Shown here piece by piece: positions 1-11,800 of a stretch of DNA of 64,000 bases. The translations under genes were made by a program, and so were the position numbers. This DNA comes from Catajapyx aquilonaris (taxonomy: Eukaryota). The notes beneath the pieces were generated by a model. The model was not told where the DNA came from. It saw only the letters and a list, made by a program, of their open reading frames with translations, and did no database searches. The stretch spans positions 1 through 64,000 of the forward strand of contig JYFJ02001969.1 in assembly GCA_000934665.2 (NCBI GenBank), written 5' to 3'. Each line of letters opens with the position of its first letter. Position 1 is the stretch's first letter.

Positions 1-364
1 GCTGACGCGTTTTGGTGTCGTCAGCCATTTTCATTCCAATATGGCTGCACAATATGTGCACTTACCCCGGGTGTGCACTTCCCCCACTTCACCCTACTAT
101 GAAACCTTTAGAGCCAAATGGCTACAACCTGTGACATGATAAGACATGTTTCTGCTACATCATACTAGATTAGGATAATAAAATTACTTTTAAGGTGCAT
201 GTACAGGTCCCCAAATTGGTGCCATGAGTTTGAGTGCCTTTCAAGCACTGTATTTGTTGGGCATGCTGCCAACATGCTGCCTATCTTGGGTGATTTTCAA
301 GCATAGATGCTGCTCAAGCCAATTTTTTGCCCTGATCCTGGTTTTCCAAAGTAGTGAATGGCCT

Positions 365-883
365 TTAACCATGCGACGTTGATGCGGCCACTTTTTGTGA
401 CCAAGTCACGTTCTTTATTATAACAGGGGAAATATAGCAAATTTTGGCTACACCCTCGAGACAATCTAGGGTTGATTCCTTCTGCCAATACATAGCATTC
501 AGTTTACATTTTTAAAGCAAATAGTACGATCAGAAACAATCATACATATATGTGTAGTTGGGACCTAAAATGTGTATGCGTTTGAGAGCCCGCATTTAGA
601 TCAAGTTAGGGGGCAACTTGTCTATTTCTTGAAGTCGAGGGAGGGTTGGTAATCATTTTAAAATAACTGTTCAAAAATCACTACTGATAAGCTCAAGTCC
701 TACTTTTTTCCTCCCTGATTGTGCTAATTGCTCAAATTTTTAAATCTAAATGACAGTTATCACGGAAGGAATAAAATGAAGATGCTCTCAAAGATGAATC
801 TCCAATGTGCTATAGTTTCCATGTTAGAGAAGAAAAAAAAGCGGCCCTGGTCACAAGTGTCCACATCACCGTCCAAGGATTAA
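365..883. mobile_element. Degenerate TTAA-flanked (piggyBac-like) MITE
   Basis: TTAA at 365-368 and 880-883. Imperfect terminal inverted repeats (ttaaccatgcgacgttgatgcggccactttttgtgacc / ggtcacaagtgtccacatcaccgtccaaggattaa). Shares TIR-like sequence and the internal motif tactgataagctca with the element at 33701-34218. Confidence 0.55.
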
Positions 884-1385
884 TGCAGTGTTAATCCCGA
901 CACACACGTTTCCCTTACTAACACGCTGAAATGTGCTCCTCCAATAAGAGTTGCTAGCGTGAATTGAAAGGAAGATTGTAAGGTCATAGAAAATGTCTTC
1001 GTAGTGGCCCAATTCGCTGGGAAAATCGTCCCATTCCTGCATTAACCTCTATTGTTGACCAGGTGACTAATGATGTCAAGGGAAATGGTAGCAACATAGA
1101 CCAGGGTGGAGAGATGCAGGCACCACTTCCATTTCTTTGCATTGGGTTAGCAGCACTTTTATCTCTACATGTCACTATTTGGATTCTAAAGACCCACATC
1201 GACACATTCTGTGTATTATCTCAACATTTATAAACATGGAGACAGCGGCCCTTCACAGGCTAATCATAACCCCACTGCACAACCCTTCCCTGTTCTCCCT
1301 CCCACTCTAGATTAGTAATAACTCAATCAAGCTACCAATATCCCAGTTGCAAACACTAGTGATACTTGGTTGTATTCGAAAGCTT

Positions 1386-1481
1386 GTTCTCAGCCAAATG
1401 CCTCGGTCAACACAAGGCCGCTGCTGCACAGTACATGCAGAGCAACCGTACTGGGTTTAGGTATGATAGTCATCATAGAAC
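1386..1481 (-). ncRNA. SNORD15: Box C/D snoRNA, U15/SNORD15-like (copy 1), intronic in domino
   Basis: Minus strand reads gttct-ATGATGA...CGAGGCATTTGG-CTGA-gaac: terminal stem, box C, box D, and a guide complementary to the conserved 28S rRNA segment CCAAAUGCCUCG, as in vertebrate U15. Confidence 0.85.
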
Positions 1482-1650
1482 ACATTAGCTTTCGAATGGC
1501 ATATCTTTTTTTTGTTTTTCGATTTTCAAGAACTGAAAACAACACGTCACAAAAGGTTAAACTAACAGTTGGTCACTTCTCACTATGCTCAAAATCACTC
1601 CCCAAACATCTTGCACTGAATACACAACTCTATGATCCCATTTGTAGCAC

Positions 1651-4508
1651 CTTTTTTGCAGCTGATTTTTTCCATTTACGCTCCTGAGCAAAGTCAGCAG
1701 CCAGCCACACCATCTCTTCTAATAAATAGTCCCAGTGAGCCTTAGTCCGGGGAGGTTCCTGCACTTTTGGCAGCCGCCTTTCAGACCACAGCCCATCCTT
1801 CTGTAGCTCAGCTATCCTCTGCACCACAAATGCTTCTTGCTTTGCCCGCTCCACTATCTGTTCCTGACTGCCAATCGAGGTGTCATACACTGATGATATT
1901 GACTGTCTCATGGCAGTGACAAGAACAGGCTTGGGAGCAGATGATTGTGGGCTGGTTGTGACAGCAGATGAATGGCGATGATGGTAATGAGGGTGAGAAG
2001 GAGCTAGAGATGTGGATGCTCTGGAAAGGGTGGATGAAATGGGGGTGGACGAAGGATGACTAGTTACAAGGGAGGTTTGGGGTTGTTTTGGAAGAAGCAT
2101 AGTTGAAGCAGTACTTGGCCTCATGTTCTCCAGAGCTGAAATATGAAGACATCATTAGTTTTCACATACCGAACCACAAGGAAACATTGGTTGATTAATG
2201 TATGTTCTCAGCCAAATGCCTCGGTCAACACAAGGTCACTGCTGCACAGTACGTGCAGAGTAACCGTACTGGTTTAGGTATAGGCGTCATCACAGAACTA
2301 TATGCTACCATTACCCCATCCTTTCACAATCATGATTGTTGAAAAATAATGTCCCTACAAATCCATGCAATGTAGCCAATTCATGCTTAACCTACAGCAC
2401 AACTGGACACCACACCATCATCAAATACCTGGCTTGGGAGTAATTACTATCCCGACTGCAGGAGATGAGGAAGGAACTGCTCCCTGCCTGGATCCCATAG
2501 GTGTGGGTACCTTTTGATGACTTGCCCCTCCAAAAGTAAACAAAATTGTCATTACAAATGCCTAAAATTTTGCCTAGCCCAACAAAGTTTCATTCTACAT
2601 TGCACTCTGCTTTGGAACATACCATGATGAGTGACAGCAGAAGTGACTGGACCCGCAGGCACCGCTGCCACAGAACCAGGTGCAGCTAAGACAGACCCTG
2701 ATGTAGACCCAGGAACTGTCCCCTGCCCCACTACCAGGGCTATTTTATTGGGGTTGGGGGTACCAACTGAAAGGTCCTCCTCATCAGAGGAATCAAGATG
2801 GTTGCCCCTGAGGAACTGCGCAAAGAGCTGTGGTGGCCTCTTCCTCCACATAGGGTAATCCATCATATTACCACCATTCTGAAGGAAAAACAACTCCGCC
2901 ACATGCTCATGGTAGCTGTCCCTCACTGACTTCAACTGTCCACACCTGTAGTCCACCACTAGTCTCTTCAGGGCCTCCTCACCACCCTCTAATTTCACCT
3001 CTCCAGTCCCCTCACCACTACCACTCCTACCCCCACTTTCCCCACTCCCATCACCCTCCAGTCGCATCTTCTTCCTGGGCTGAGGGTCATCCCCTACTGT
3101 CCTCTGGCCTGCAGGTGGAAACACTGTTGCCTTTGTAACAGAAGAAGGTACCGTCCTGTGCACACCAATGGAAACAGGAACACTTGCTAGTGACTCCTAC
3201 AATGGACAAAAGATGAGCTTCAGCATTGGAGGCAGGAAAAACCCAATACAGCATCTAGTTCAGGAATAGATGTAGTGATATTCTTGCACAATCTAATTAT
3301 AATGCGAGTTAGACTGTCTTGTAGTTATCACATTGATATCCCTTAGTTGGATGGCAGAAGACACAGAATGATTAAACTGAACCTTCCAAAGGAGTAAAAG
3401 GGAACTTGGCAGTGGCACTAGTTAGAATTGTAAAGTTCACAAGCATGCAGCAAATCTAAACTCATGTCCATTCCAACTGGCCTAGCATAATTCTTCTAAT
3501 GGAATGAGTCATTTTCAAATATGACATTATTATTCCAGATGAGAAAAAAATACTTCATAGGCCTAAGTGTATGTATATGCAAAATTAATTTACAGCAAAT
3601 ATGTTGGGACACCTTTCTAGATATTCCAAGGTCCAGTTGTTTAATTGATTGTGAATACAGAGCAAGTGATTAATCAAGCAACAAACCGCTTGTTACGGAT
3701 GGGAAAAAAATTTATCTTGCATCTAATTCAAGAGGAGCTACCTACCCTCATGGTGGTGGAAGGTAAGGTAACCCGTCTCTGAGAGGCTGGCGAGGAAGTG
3801 GTTGAGGATGACGACCCATATACGCTTGCTGCAGGAGCAGCAGCAGTCTTGGTGGTCACAGCTGGGGCTCCCATCCCTAGGCTTGATGTAGCTTGTGTCC
3901 CCACCACTACTACCCTTCCTCCCCCACCAATCTGCCCAATAACAGCAGATGATGCAGCTGCAGCAGCAGCAGGTGACAGTACTCGAGGGGTGACCAGCTG
4001 TGTAGTAGAAACACCTCTACTTGTTGCAGTTGAGCCCGGGGAACGATTCTGAATCCCTGAAGTACCAGGCTAAAGAAAAATATAAAAGATACTATTAGGT
4101 TTAGACGGGCTCATCAAAATCACAATCCCAGTTAACAATGTACTCTTCAAAGAAGTTCTCTATTCATCACATTGCTGAATAGTTATTAGTAGATTGTGTA
4201 CGCATATCGCATGCTAATCAAGACACTAAAAGCGACACAAACGATTATCATATTTTTAAATAGCAAAATAAATTGCAGCACAAATCTTCATATTAAAGGT
4301 AAGTAAAATCTAGAACAGTTTACAGCTCAACATTAGACATGAAAAATACCTGGCGTAAAGTGGGCGTTGTTGTTGCTGAGGTGGTTGCAACACCCTGTTC
4401 TAGGGGGGATAGGGCATTATGACTGCCACTTGATGGCTGGATGCAAGCAGATCCTCCTGTCTTGGTTACAACCGCAGCATTTTGCTGTGGCACCTGAGGA
4501 TCACTCAT
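1651..4508 (-). CDS. dom: Helicase domino (EP400/SRCAP family), 5' coding exons; gene continues off the left edge
   Basis: Phase-consistent GT-AG exons 4508-4350 (ATG, MSDPQVPQQ), 4069-3746, 3196-2623, 2135-1651. Encodes the EP400-N-like motif HEHVAELFFLQNGGNMMDYPMWRKRP and the start of the HSA domain (EQIVERAKQEAFVVQRIAELQKDGLWSERRLPKVQEPPRTKAHWDYLLEEMVWLAADFAQERKWKK). Confidence 0.92.
2204..2298 (-). ncRNA. SNORD15: Box C/D snoRNA, U15/SNORD15-like (copy 2), intronic in domino
   Basis: Minus strand gttct-GTGATGA...CGAGGCATTTGG-CTGA-gaac. Near-identical to copy 1, with compensatory changes in the internal stem. 3' end lies ~67 nt upstream of the acceptor at 2136-2137. Confidence 0.85.
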
Positions 4509-4677
4509 TCTTACCTACCCAGGTACATCTGCAAATAATAATAATAATGATAACATTAATTTTTTTCCACCACTGGGCAAAGGCTTGTTTTTTGAAGAAG
4601 CCTTCAGACACTTATGATTTATTGTAAAAATTCTCGAAGTCACATCACGATGAATCTCCAAAAAGTGACAGGTTGTA

Positions 4678-5085
4678 CAGTGCTGCACATATTAGCCGTC
4701 GCTGAATTTTTTTTTTTCGGTGGCGGCGTTACCTGGCAACCCTGTCCGGCGGGCCAATTCAAACATCAGCCCATGGAGAGCGCTTCCATTGTTGCCACTG
4801 TTTACAAAGCGAGTGAGTGACCCCAAAATGACTTATTGCTTCTAATATCATTATTTTCCCCCTTTTTTTCCTGCTTATATCCCTGCAGATACTGTGTAAG
4901 CAGGCAGAAGAGACCTGTCGCTGGATCGTCCGCGTCACTCACTCGATTTGTAAACAGTGGCAACAATGGAAGCGCTCTCCATGGGCTGATGTTTGAACTG
5001 GCCCGCCGAACGGGGTTGCCAGGTAACGTCGCCGCCGTCGCCGCCGAAAAAAAACATTCAGCGACGGCTAATTTGTCCAGCACTG
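4678..5085. mobile_element. MITE with long TIRs, TA TSD (Tc1/mariner-like)
   Basis: TA|cagtgctgcaca...tgtccagcactg|TA. About 140-bp near-perfect inverted arms (4678-~4820 vs ~4935-5085). No coding capacity. Confidence 0.85.
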
Positions 5086-5127
5086 TACCCGGTGACAGCA
5101 ACCAGAATTACTCTCAGATTCCCATAA

Positions 5128-5396
5128 GAGTGAACCTTTTTCGATATGCATATGCCCGAGGGGTCGGTGAACATCCCGAAAGTAGGGTCCAATATGCCGG
5201 GTCCTACAGCTCTTCACAACAAAATGTGCAGTTTGTGTAGCACTGCAGCTGCCGCATGGGCTGCCCATAAATTAGGCATTCTAATTACATGTGCCAGCCC
5301 TGTTTCTTCGAGAAAGCCAGAGATACTGGGGACTAATTTTGCGGCGCGGCGGCTCACCGACCCCTCGGGTGTATGGATCTCCAAAAAGGTTCACAC
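5128..5396. mobile_element. MITE with ~43-bp imperfect TIRs
   Basis: gagtgaacctttttcgatatgcatatgcccgaggggtcggtga vs reverse complement of tcaccgacccctcgggtgtatggatctccaaaaaggttcacac. Flanked by ataa / ttaa. Confidence 0.65.
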
Positions 5397-6099
5397 TTAA
5401 GTGATTCGGAGTGTAGCTTTGCTATAAAAGAAGACTGTGTACATGCACCCGTCCTAATCAACCCTCCTTGAGCTTATAGGTAGTCCGTCTTCATTTTTTA
5501 CCCCAAATATAAATTACATGGCGTCAAAAATCTACATTTGCTCATGTGATGCATGCCAGACGTCAAATCATTCAAAGGAAACCTGTGCATATGTCATACT
5601 AAAATCATGCAGCAGTGTTTGTGTTGAAGTTATCATTCTTTACTGATTTGCAACATGCCTCGCATGAATCACTTGCCTGTATAACTTTTTGTGTCTTGGA
5701 ATTCATATCAGCTAATGCCAATTTTTGGGGTGCCTTTTGATCCTTTCTAAATTGAAAGTTTTGTATAATTCCACTGCAACTGAAACCGCCAAACCCGGCT
5801 ACTTTGCCTTGCAAATATTAAAGTGCCTTATACCACACAAGTAACTAACATGCAGGAATCGCTATTTTGATTATTGGCAATAAGCGAAGTACCACCAACC
5901 CATACAGGGTGATACGACTTAACGTAAGCATTTCAGAAGCACTGCAACTCGGCCATTAATTTTTGAAATTTGTATCAGTCATTAAAGTAATGTGCTCAAT
6001 ATGACAACACCAAACTCCCAAATCATTTCCAGTAACAAATGTATCAATATCATGCCACATTACTATCACTTTCCCTCATAATAACCAGGCCTGCATCAT

Positions 6100-7130
6100 T
6101 CCAGACCACGACTCCTTAGGCATGCTGCATCCCACCGCGGATGAAACCCATTCGCACATTGGCGCCTCCACCAAAGTGCCCTCCCACTTCATTCCATCCC
6201 CCCTCCCCCTTCGCCTCCCAACATCCCCCTCGCTCCACCCCACCCACAAAAAATGGGTAGCTAGGCCTAGCGTCCCCCTACGTGAGCCTCCCTGACTGGG
6301 CTCACCTAGCGTCCCCTTCCCACTTCCAACCCTTCCACCTCGACTCCATACCTCAGTCCGCAGACCCCGGGCCTGCCCCAGCCCTGGCCCGGGGTTCGCT
6401 CCCGGCCGACACAAAAATCGACCAGTGACTTGCAACTCGGCCGGCGCCATCTTGCCTTTTGTCTCTCTCTCTCTCCCCCCTTCTCCCTCTCTCTTTATCG
6501 CCGATGCAGGGGGATGGGGGGAGAGCGAGGGAGCCCCTCGCCGTTCCGAAAATCCGCCCTCAGCGCGCCCCTGTGTCCCCCATCCCCTTCCAGGACCCAC
6601 CCAGGGCCGCTCCGGAGCCCGCCAGCAGTCATTTCCCACCCATCTGGACCCCCCTAGAATGACTTACAGGCCGCGCGGCGATGGGGACATTCTCGGCTGG
6701 GCTGGCAGCTCGATCCCGTCCCCGAGAACATGATGGCGGAGGTTCTTCTCCCCTCTCCCCTCTCGCTCTTTGCCCCCCTCCCTTCCGCCCCACCTTCCCC
6801 CCTCTCCTTGTTCGGCCCAATGGGAAGCTCCGCCCATTTTTGGAGGGGGGGCACGGCGGAGTTGCCAGATGCAAGGAGTTGTCACCATGCTTCCACAACA
6901 ATACGGGTGTGGGGATGCAGTACGGGATGGGTCAAGCCGGTTAGGATGCGGTCGGAGTCTTGGATGGGTGGGATGGCTGGGGCCGGGCACGTTGGCCCCG
7001 GGGCGGCCCTGGGTGGTAGCAACACGGGAAGGGCGGTGGGATTTTACGGTAGTGGGGGGTATTCAGGACCTAGATGGCAGGGCAGTCGTGCTTATATGTA
7101 ATCTGGGGGTTGGCGGATTGTGAGAAGTAC
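6100..7130. promoter_or_regulatory. GC/CpG-rich promoter region of domino, possibly bidirectional toward Ttd14
   Basis: Abrupt GC- and CpG-rich island. YY1/initiator-like AAGATGGCG on the minus strand near 6450 and ATGATGGCGG on the plus strand near 6730. Lies between divergent genes. Confidence 0.5.
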
Positions 7131-7765
7131 TGGAGCCATGTTTGGTCTCGTATTATGGGTAACGCAATTGGGGACTTAGGTCAGTCACCAACGTCATTGA
7201 ATCATTAAATCGCTAATAAGGCGCAGTAATATCATGTCAGCAATACAAATACTGTGTTTCACGGAGGGGAAATATGAATTTCGTGCTGTGCTATTGCGTC
7301 ATAATTATGCCGCGGGAATATATCTTTCGTAAACTATCATTAAAGCACTACCTCACGTAATAGTATAGTACAAGTGCTTGCGTCTCAGTATTAACACACG
7401 TATTTTTTCCGTGCAAAACTACAGTGAAATCTGTCTATAGCGGACAAGGGATATATTTGTACTGCATTTCTAGTTGTGTTGTCCGATGTAGTGGAAGCCT
7501 GCCTTTACGGATAATTTTAAGGAAATTGCATACGACAATTTCAAAGGCTGTTGCGTCTGTGTTGCGTGCAAGGGAAGTCGGAAGACTGTAAGTGTAGGCT
7601 AAGATATTAATTGAAACAAGAAAAATCAATACTACAGTATGTAGATTTGTCAGGTGTTCGGGTAAGTTTATTACTGAATGAAGCCATACAGTGACATCAC
7701 CTTTGCGTGTCAAGGGCACACACGCATGCTTGCGTACAGTACAAGTGAAGGCTCAGAGCAAAATA

Positions 7766-7891
7766 CAGTAAAACCTCAAACGCTTTTAACCGGTCCCTTG
7801 AACATTTCCCGCACTATAAGGTATAAATTTTCCCGCATATAACGCTACTTTTGGGCGGTCCCTTGAACAGCGTTATATCGAGGTTTTACTG
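7766..7891. mobile_element. Short pogo/Tigger-like MITE
   Basis: ta|cagtaaaacctc ... gaggttttactg TIR. Internal direct repeats cggtcccttgaaca and tttcccgca. Confidence 0.65.
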
Positions 7892-8829
7892 TGCCGTACT
7901 AGAATTTATTTTGGCTTAATCCACAGTCGGCTCTAATTGCGACTAATGATCAATGTTACGTAAGAATAAACACGATTTCGGTATACAGTACATTCTTCAT
8001 CCCGTCCCCCATCTCACACGGTATAGCCTCACCCCCTCTTCCCAATCGATAAGTAAAAGCTATAAGCCGCATGTACAGTACGCGTATGTTTTAAAGGTCA
8101 CGAAACCTCTGTCCCTGATCCCATTTCATTTCGTATACAGTACGTTGCATACTTACAAATTAGAGCCGAAATAATTCTTGGTTCTCACGAGGATGTTCTT
8201 TAGCCACGGTTGGTTTGTCTTTATTCCCGGAAAAAGAATTTACCGGCATTGTTTAGATTGCATACTACTGACGTTGGTTCTCTGCCAACCGGTTTGAATA
8301 TATTGCACAGGACGTGGGTGTACGTGTACTGTTGGTCCATTACACATGCTTCCTTGCATGCTTCTACCAATCAAATTGGATCAGGTCATTTCGCATATGC
8401 ATATGCCTATGCCCGCCCATGCCAAAATATGATCCTGGAATTGAACGCACAACGCACGTGCTGTTACGTGAACACGATAATCGAATCCGGTTTGCAAACC
8501 GTATGAACACAACAGCCCCAAAATGGCCGGTGGATCATCCAACCCTTCTTTCATGTGGAGTTGTCAGCCAATCACATGTCGTCTCCCCCCTCCTTGCAGC
8601 CTCCCCCCCGTTCCCCTCCCTGCTACTCCCCACCCTGTCCCTTCCCCCCCACTTTCGTCCAACCAGCTCGCAGCGAGCAGTATTCTTGGAACGGATCCAT
8701 TCGAGGCTCGACCGCCTTGGAGTGGCGTGCCTCCCGCACCATGCGCCGGTAGCACATACAGCGCACAAGGAGACAGCCCAGCAGCGACTGACCCCCACAC
8801 GCAACTCCAGCAGTAGCCTCTGACTGCCC

Positions 8830-11800
8830 ATGTCCAGCCCACCAGCCATGGAGAAGAAGGCCAACAGACGTGTCTACAAGGTGGTGCTGACCGGCGGTAA
8901 GCCACACTCTGTACGGCTGTACCCCCAAGGTTGTCCCGACGAGATTACGCGCCCTTTTTTGCGGGATTGTGTATTTTGGGAGAGAGACTTTGAAGCGGGG
9001 CGGGTGTTATGGCTGGTGGGAGGGAGTGGTTGTGTAACTGGGGCCCGGCGTGGTTTATTCTGGTAACTGCGCTAAATGGGCGCATCATTGGAAGAGGAGA
9101 GGGTCAAATTCGTTGATTGATAATTAGTAGGAGGGAGTGATTTAACCCTTTTCACCTTCGACATCTAAAAATGCCAGCCAAAATAAGGGGGGGATTCCAA
9201 GGCACGGGAGGATGCAAATTTAATGAGGGAGTTGAATGTCAACTGCCATTGGGATTCAAATGTCATTTGATAACAAGAGCCGCGCAATTCACAACGGTAA
9301 TCTGATAGCGGTAAGTGGTTAATGAAAAACACTCGACCGACAATTTGTCTTATGCAACCTTGAGCTGGAATACACCGCTTTGTATAACGTTTCATATTTT
9401 CAAATAAACATTGCAGTACAAAGTGCTATTCAAGGAATGCAGTCTTGTGCTCATGCCATGGTAACATGAGATGGTAACATGAGAGGTCATAGATACAGAA
9501 TCTCGGCTATTTATTTGCCTGATTTAATTTAGATTCATTGCACATTCCTGGTGAACATGCATTAATAGGGTTGTAATTTTATTTGTTGTGTGTGACTTGG
9601 ACTAAGTGCCCTGATTTCTCATTGCAGGTCCGTGTGGCGGAAAGACCACTGGACAGGCCCGATTGTCCACCTTCTTTGAGAATCTGGGCTGGAAGGTGAG
9701 AGGATTTCAGATCATGCCCCAATGCTTTGCTTTTCCAAGGGGAAAACAGACCATACATGTCTTTCGACATGGCAACATGACCATATCAAACGCTCATGTT
9801 CCAGGTTTTCCGAGTCCCGGAAACAGCCACAGTATTGTTAAGGTAAAAATGCAGTTCCAAAGCTATTGTTCTCTGTTACATTGACTGGTAACCCAATTTT
9901 TTGTTATTTTTCAGTGGTGGGATAAAATTCACAGACTTATCGGAGGAACAAGGTTAGGAGACTATTCCACATATATTCTGTTATCACGCCCTAGATTGCA
10001 CCATACCTCTTCTCAGTATGCCATGTCAGTACCAGCTGCATTCCATTGCAGCAGGTTTAATGAGTCCATTGTGTGTTAGGACACAAATGCCATGGAGAAA
10101 TAACTAACCTGTATAATGTGATTCTATACCTCCCATTGTTTGCCTCCAGCTTGCAACTTCCAAGAGAATCTGCTGAAAACCATGCTCCAGATTGAGAACA
10201 CTTTCTTCATGATGGCTGACTCAGTAATACAGAACTGCCTCATAATATGTGATCGTGGTGCCATGGATGCTTCTGCCTGTGAGTGAAATATGGATCTTGG
10301 TTAGAAAATTAAAATCAGATCAGAAATAATAATAATACCAGATGCAACACAATAGGTAATCAAAGGCAGCTCAGGTATAATATCTTCATTAAAATTATGC
10401 TAGACAGAGTGGATTTAGCAGGCCATGGACAATGATGCAGAATGAGACTGTAAATTGCAGTTATAATTTGTGTAGTCATTGTTCTCCCATGCTCGCTTCT
10501 GTTTGCTGGCTGGTGATGTAAGTCTGTTTTATATTGATGAAGGGTGGTACAGTGGTGTATGGATTAGTGCAGTCCCAAGTTCGATCCCTGAATGTGGAAA
10601 GAGTTTAAATGGTTTCCCAGGGTTATTTCTTTTCACAATCAAAAACTCATTTTCATCAGGAGGGGTGTCCAATTATTTAAATTATCATCATCACTGCTAT
10701 TTGTGATGGCATATAATAATTTTCCTACCATTACATCATACATGTAATTAATGATCTTTACACAGTAATTTGTTCTGTGCCTTTCCTTGTAACTGAGTTT
10801 GTCTGCACTAATAAATTGTGCATTTGCCAGCTTACTGCAGCTGCATCAGTGAACAGGTGGAATTAAAATTCATTGCCTTGGCTATTGCCTATGTTGCATT
10901 TTAATCCAATAAATTACCATGCAAAATCATAGATATGACCATTTTATACCTTACAATTGCATTGCTTCTGATGACTGACTTTGAGAGTTATAATATTGCA
11001 AACTTCTTGTTTTCAGTTATTCCTCGTAAGAAATGGGAGCATATGATGAGCAAGAACAACTGGAACCCAGTAGAACTTCGTGACACCCGCTATAACCAGA
11101 TAATGCACCTAGTCTCCGCTGCAAATGGTGCAGAGGCATTCTACAGCATTGAGGATCATGCCTGCCGCAGCGAGGGTTTAGAGCTGGCACGGATGCTGGA
11201 TGCAAAGGCTGCAGAAGCCTGGATTGGTCACCCATACTTCGATGTTATTGATAATTCCACCGACTTTGAGACCAAGATGTGTCGCATGATAGCTGTGCGT
11301 GTGTGCACATTTTCTTGTGCTTTCGGCAAGTAACAGGACTTCTTTGCAGTGTGTCTGTGAGAAGCTGGGCATTGACACAGGTGATAGGTTGCAGACCAAT
11401 TCACGGAAGGTGAAGTTCCTGGTACAGAGTGAGCTACCCAACGACTCTCTGTTCCCGCCCTTCCAGGACTTCGATGTGGTTCATGACTACTTGCAATTTA
11501 ATTCACCTAAAATGCAAGCAAGGCTCAGGAAACGTGGGCAGAGAGGTACTTGCATATTTTCATGATTAACTTAAGCTTTTACAGAGCTGTTGAAAGTTGG
11601 AAGATAATGTTACATCTTGGATAGCATGCAGTGTCCTATTGCAAATTTGACTTTCCCTCATAATGCCATTTAGATTATGTATTTTTCTAGCAAATGGCCA
11701 TATACGTGCTTGTTCAAAGTGGAGTGCTGTTTAAAGCATTTGAATGATAACAGATACCAACAGCTAATCTTAATATGAACTGGATTGTAATGACCCATTT

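Noticed and set aside
108..165. Possible degenerate third U15 copy (ATGATGT ... gccatttggct)
   Set aside because: No CTGA box D, no internal similarity to the other copies and too short.
850..960. H/ACA snoRNA candidate (two hairpins ending in ACA on the minus strand)
   Set aside because: No ANANNA H box, and it overlaps the right TIR of the 365-883 MITE.
1386..2298. Direct repeat read as LTRs or a CRISPR-like repeat
   Set aside because: Only two copies, they flank a host exon, and box C/D features explain them.
6076..7123. Many overlapping ORFs in all frames
   Set aside because: Stop-codon depletion in a GC-rich promoter; no recognisable protein features.
10540..10600. tRNA-like A/B box fragment in a Ttd14 intron
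   Set aside because: Too degenerate; no cloverleaf, SINE body or TSD.
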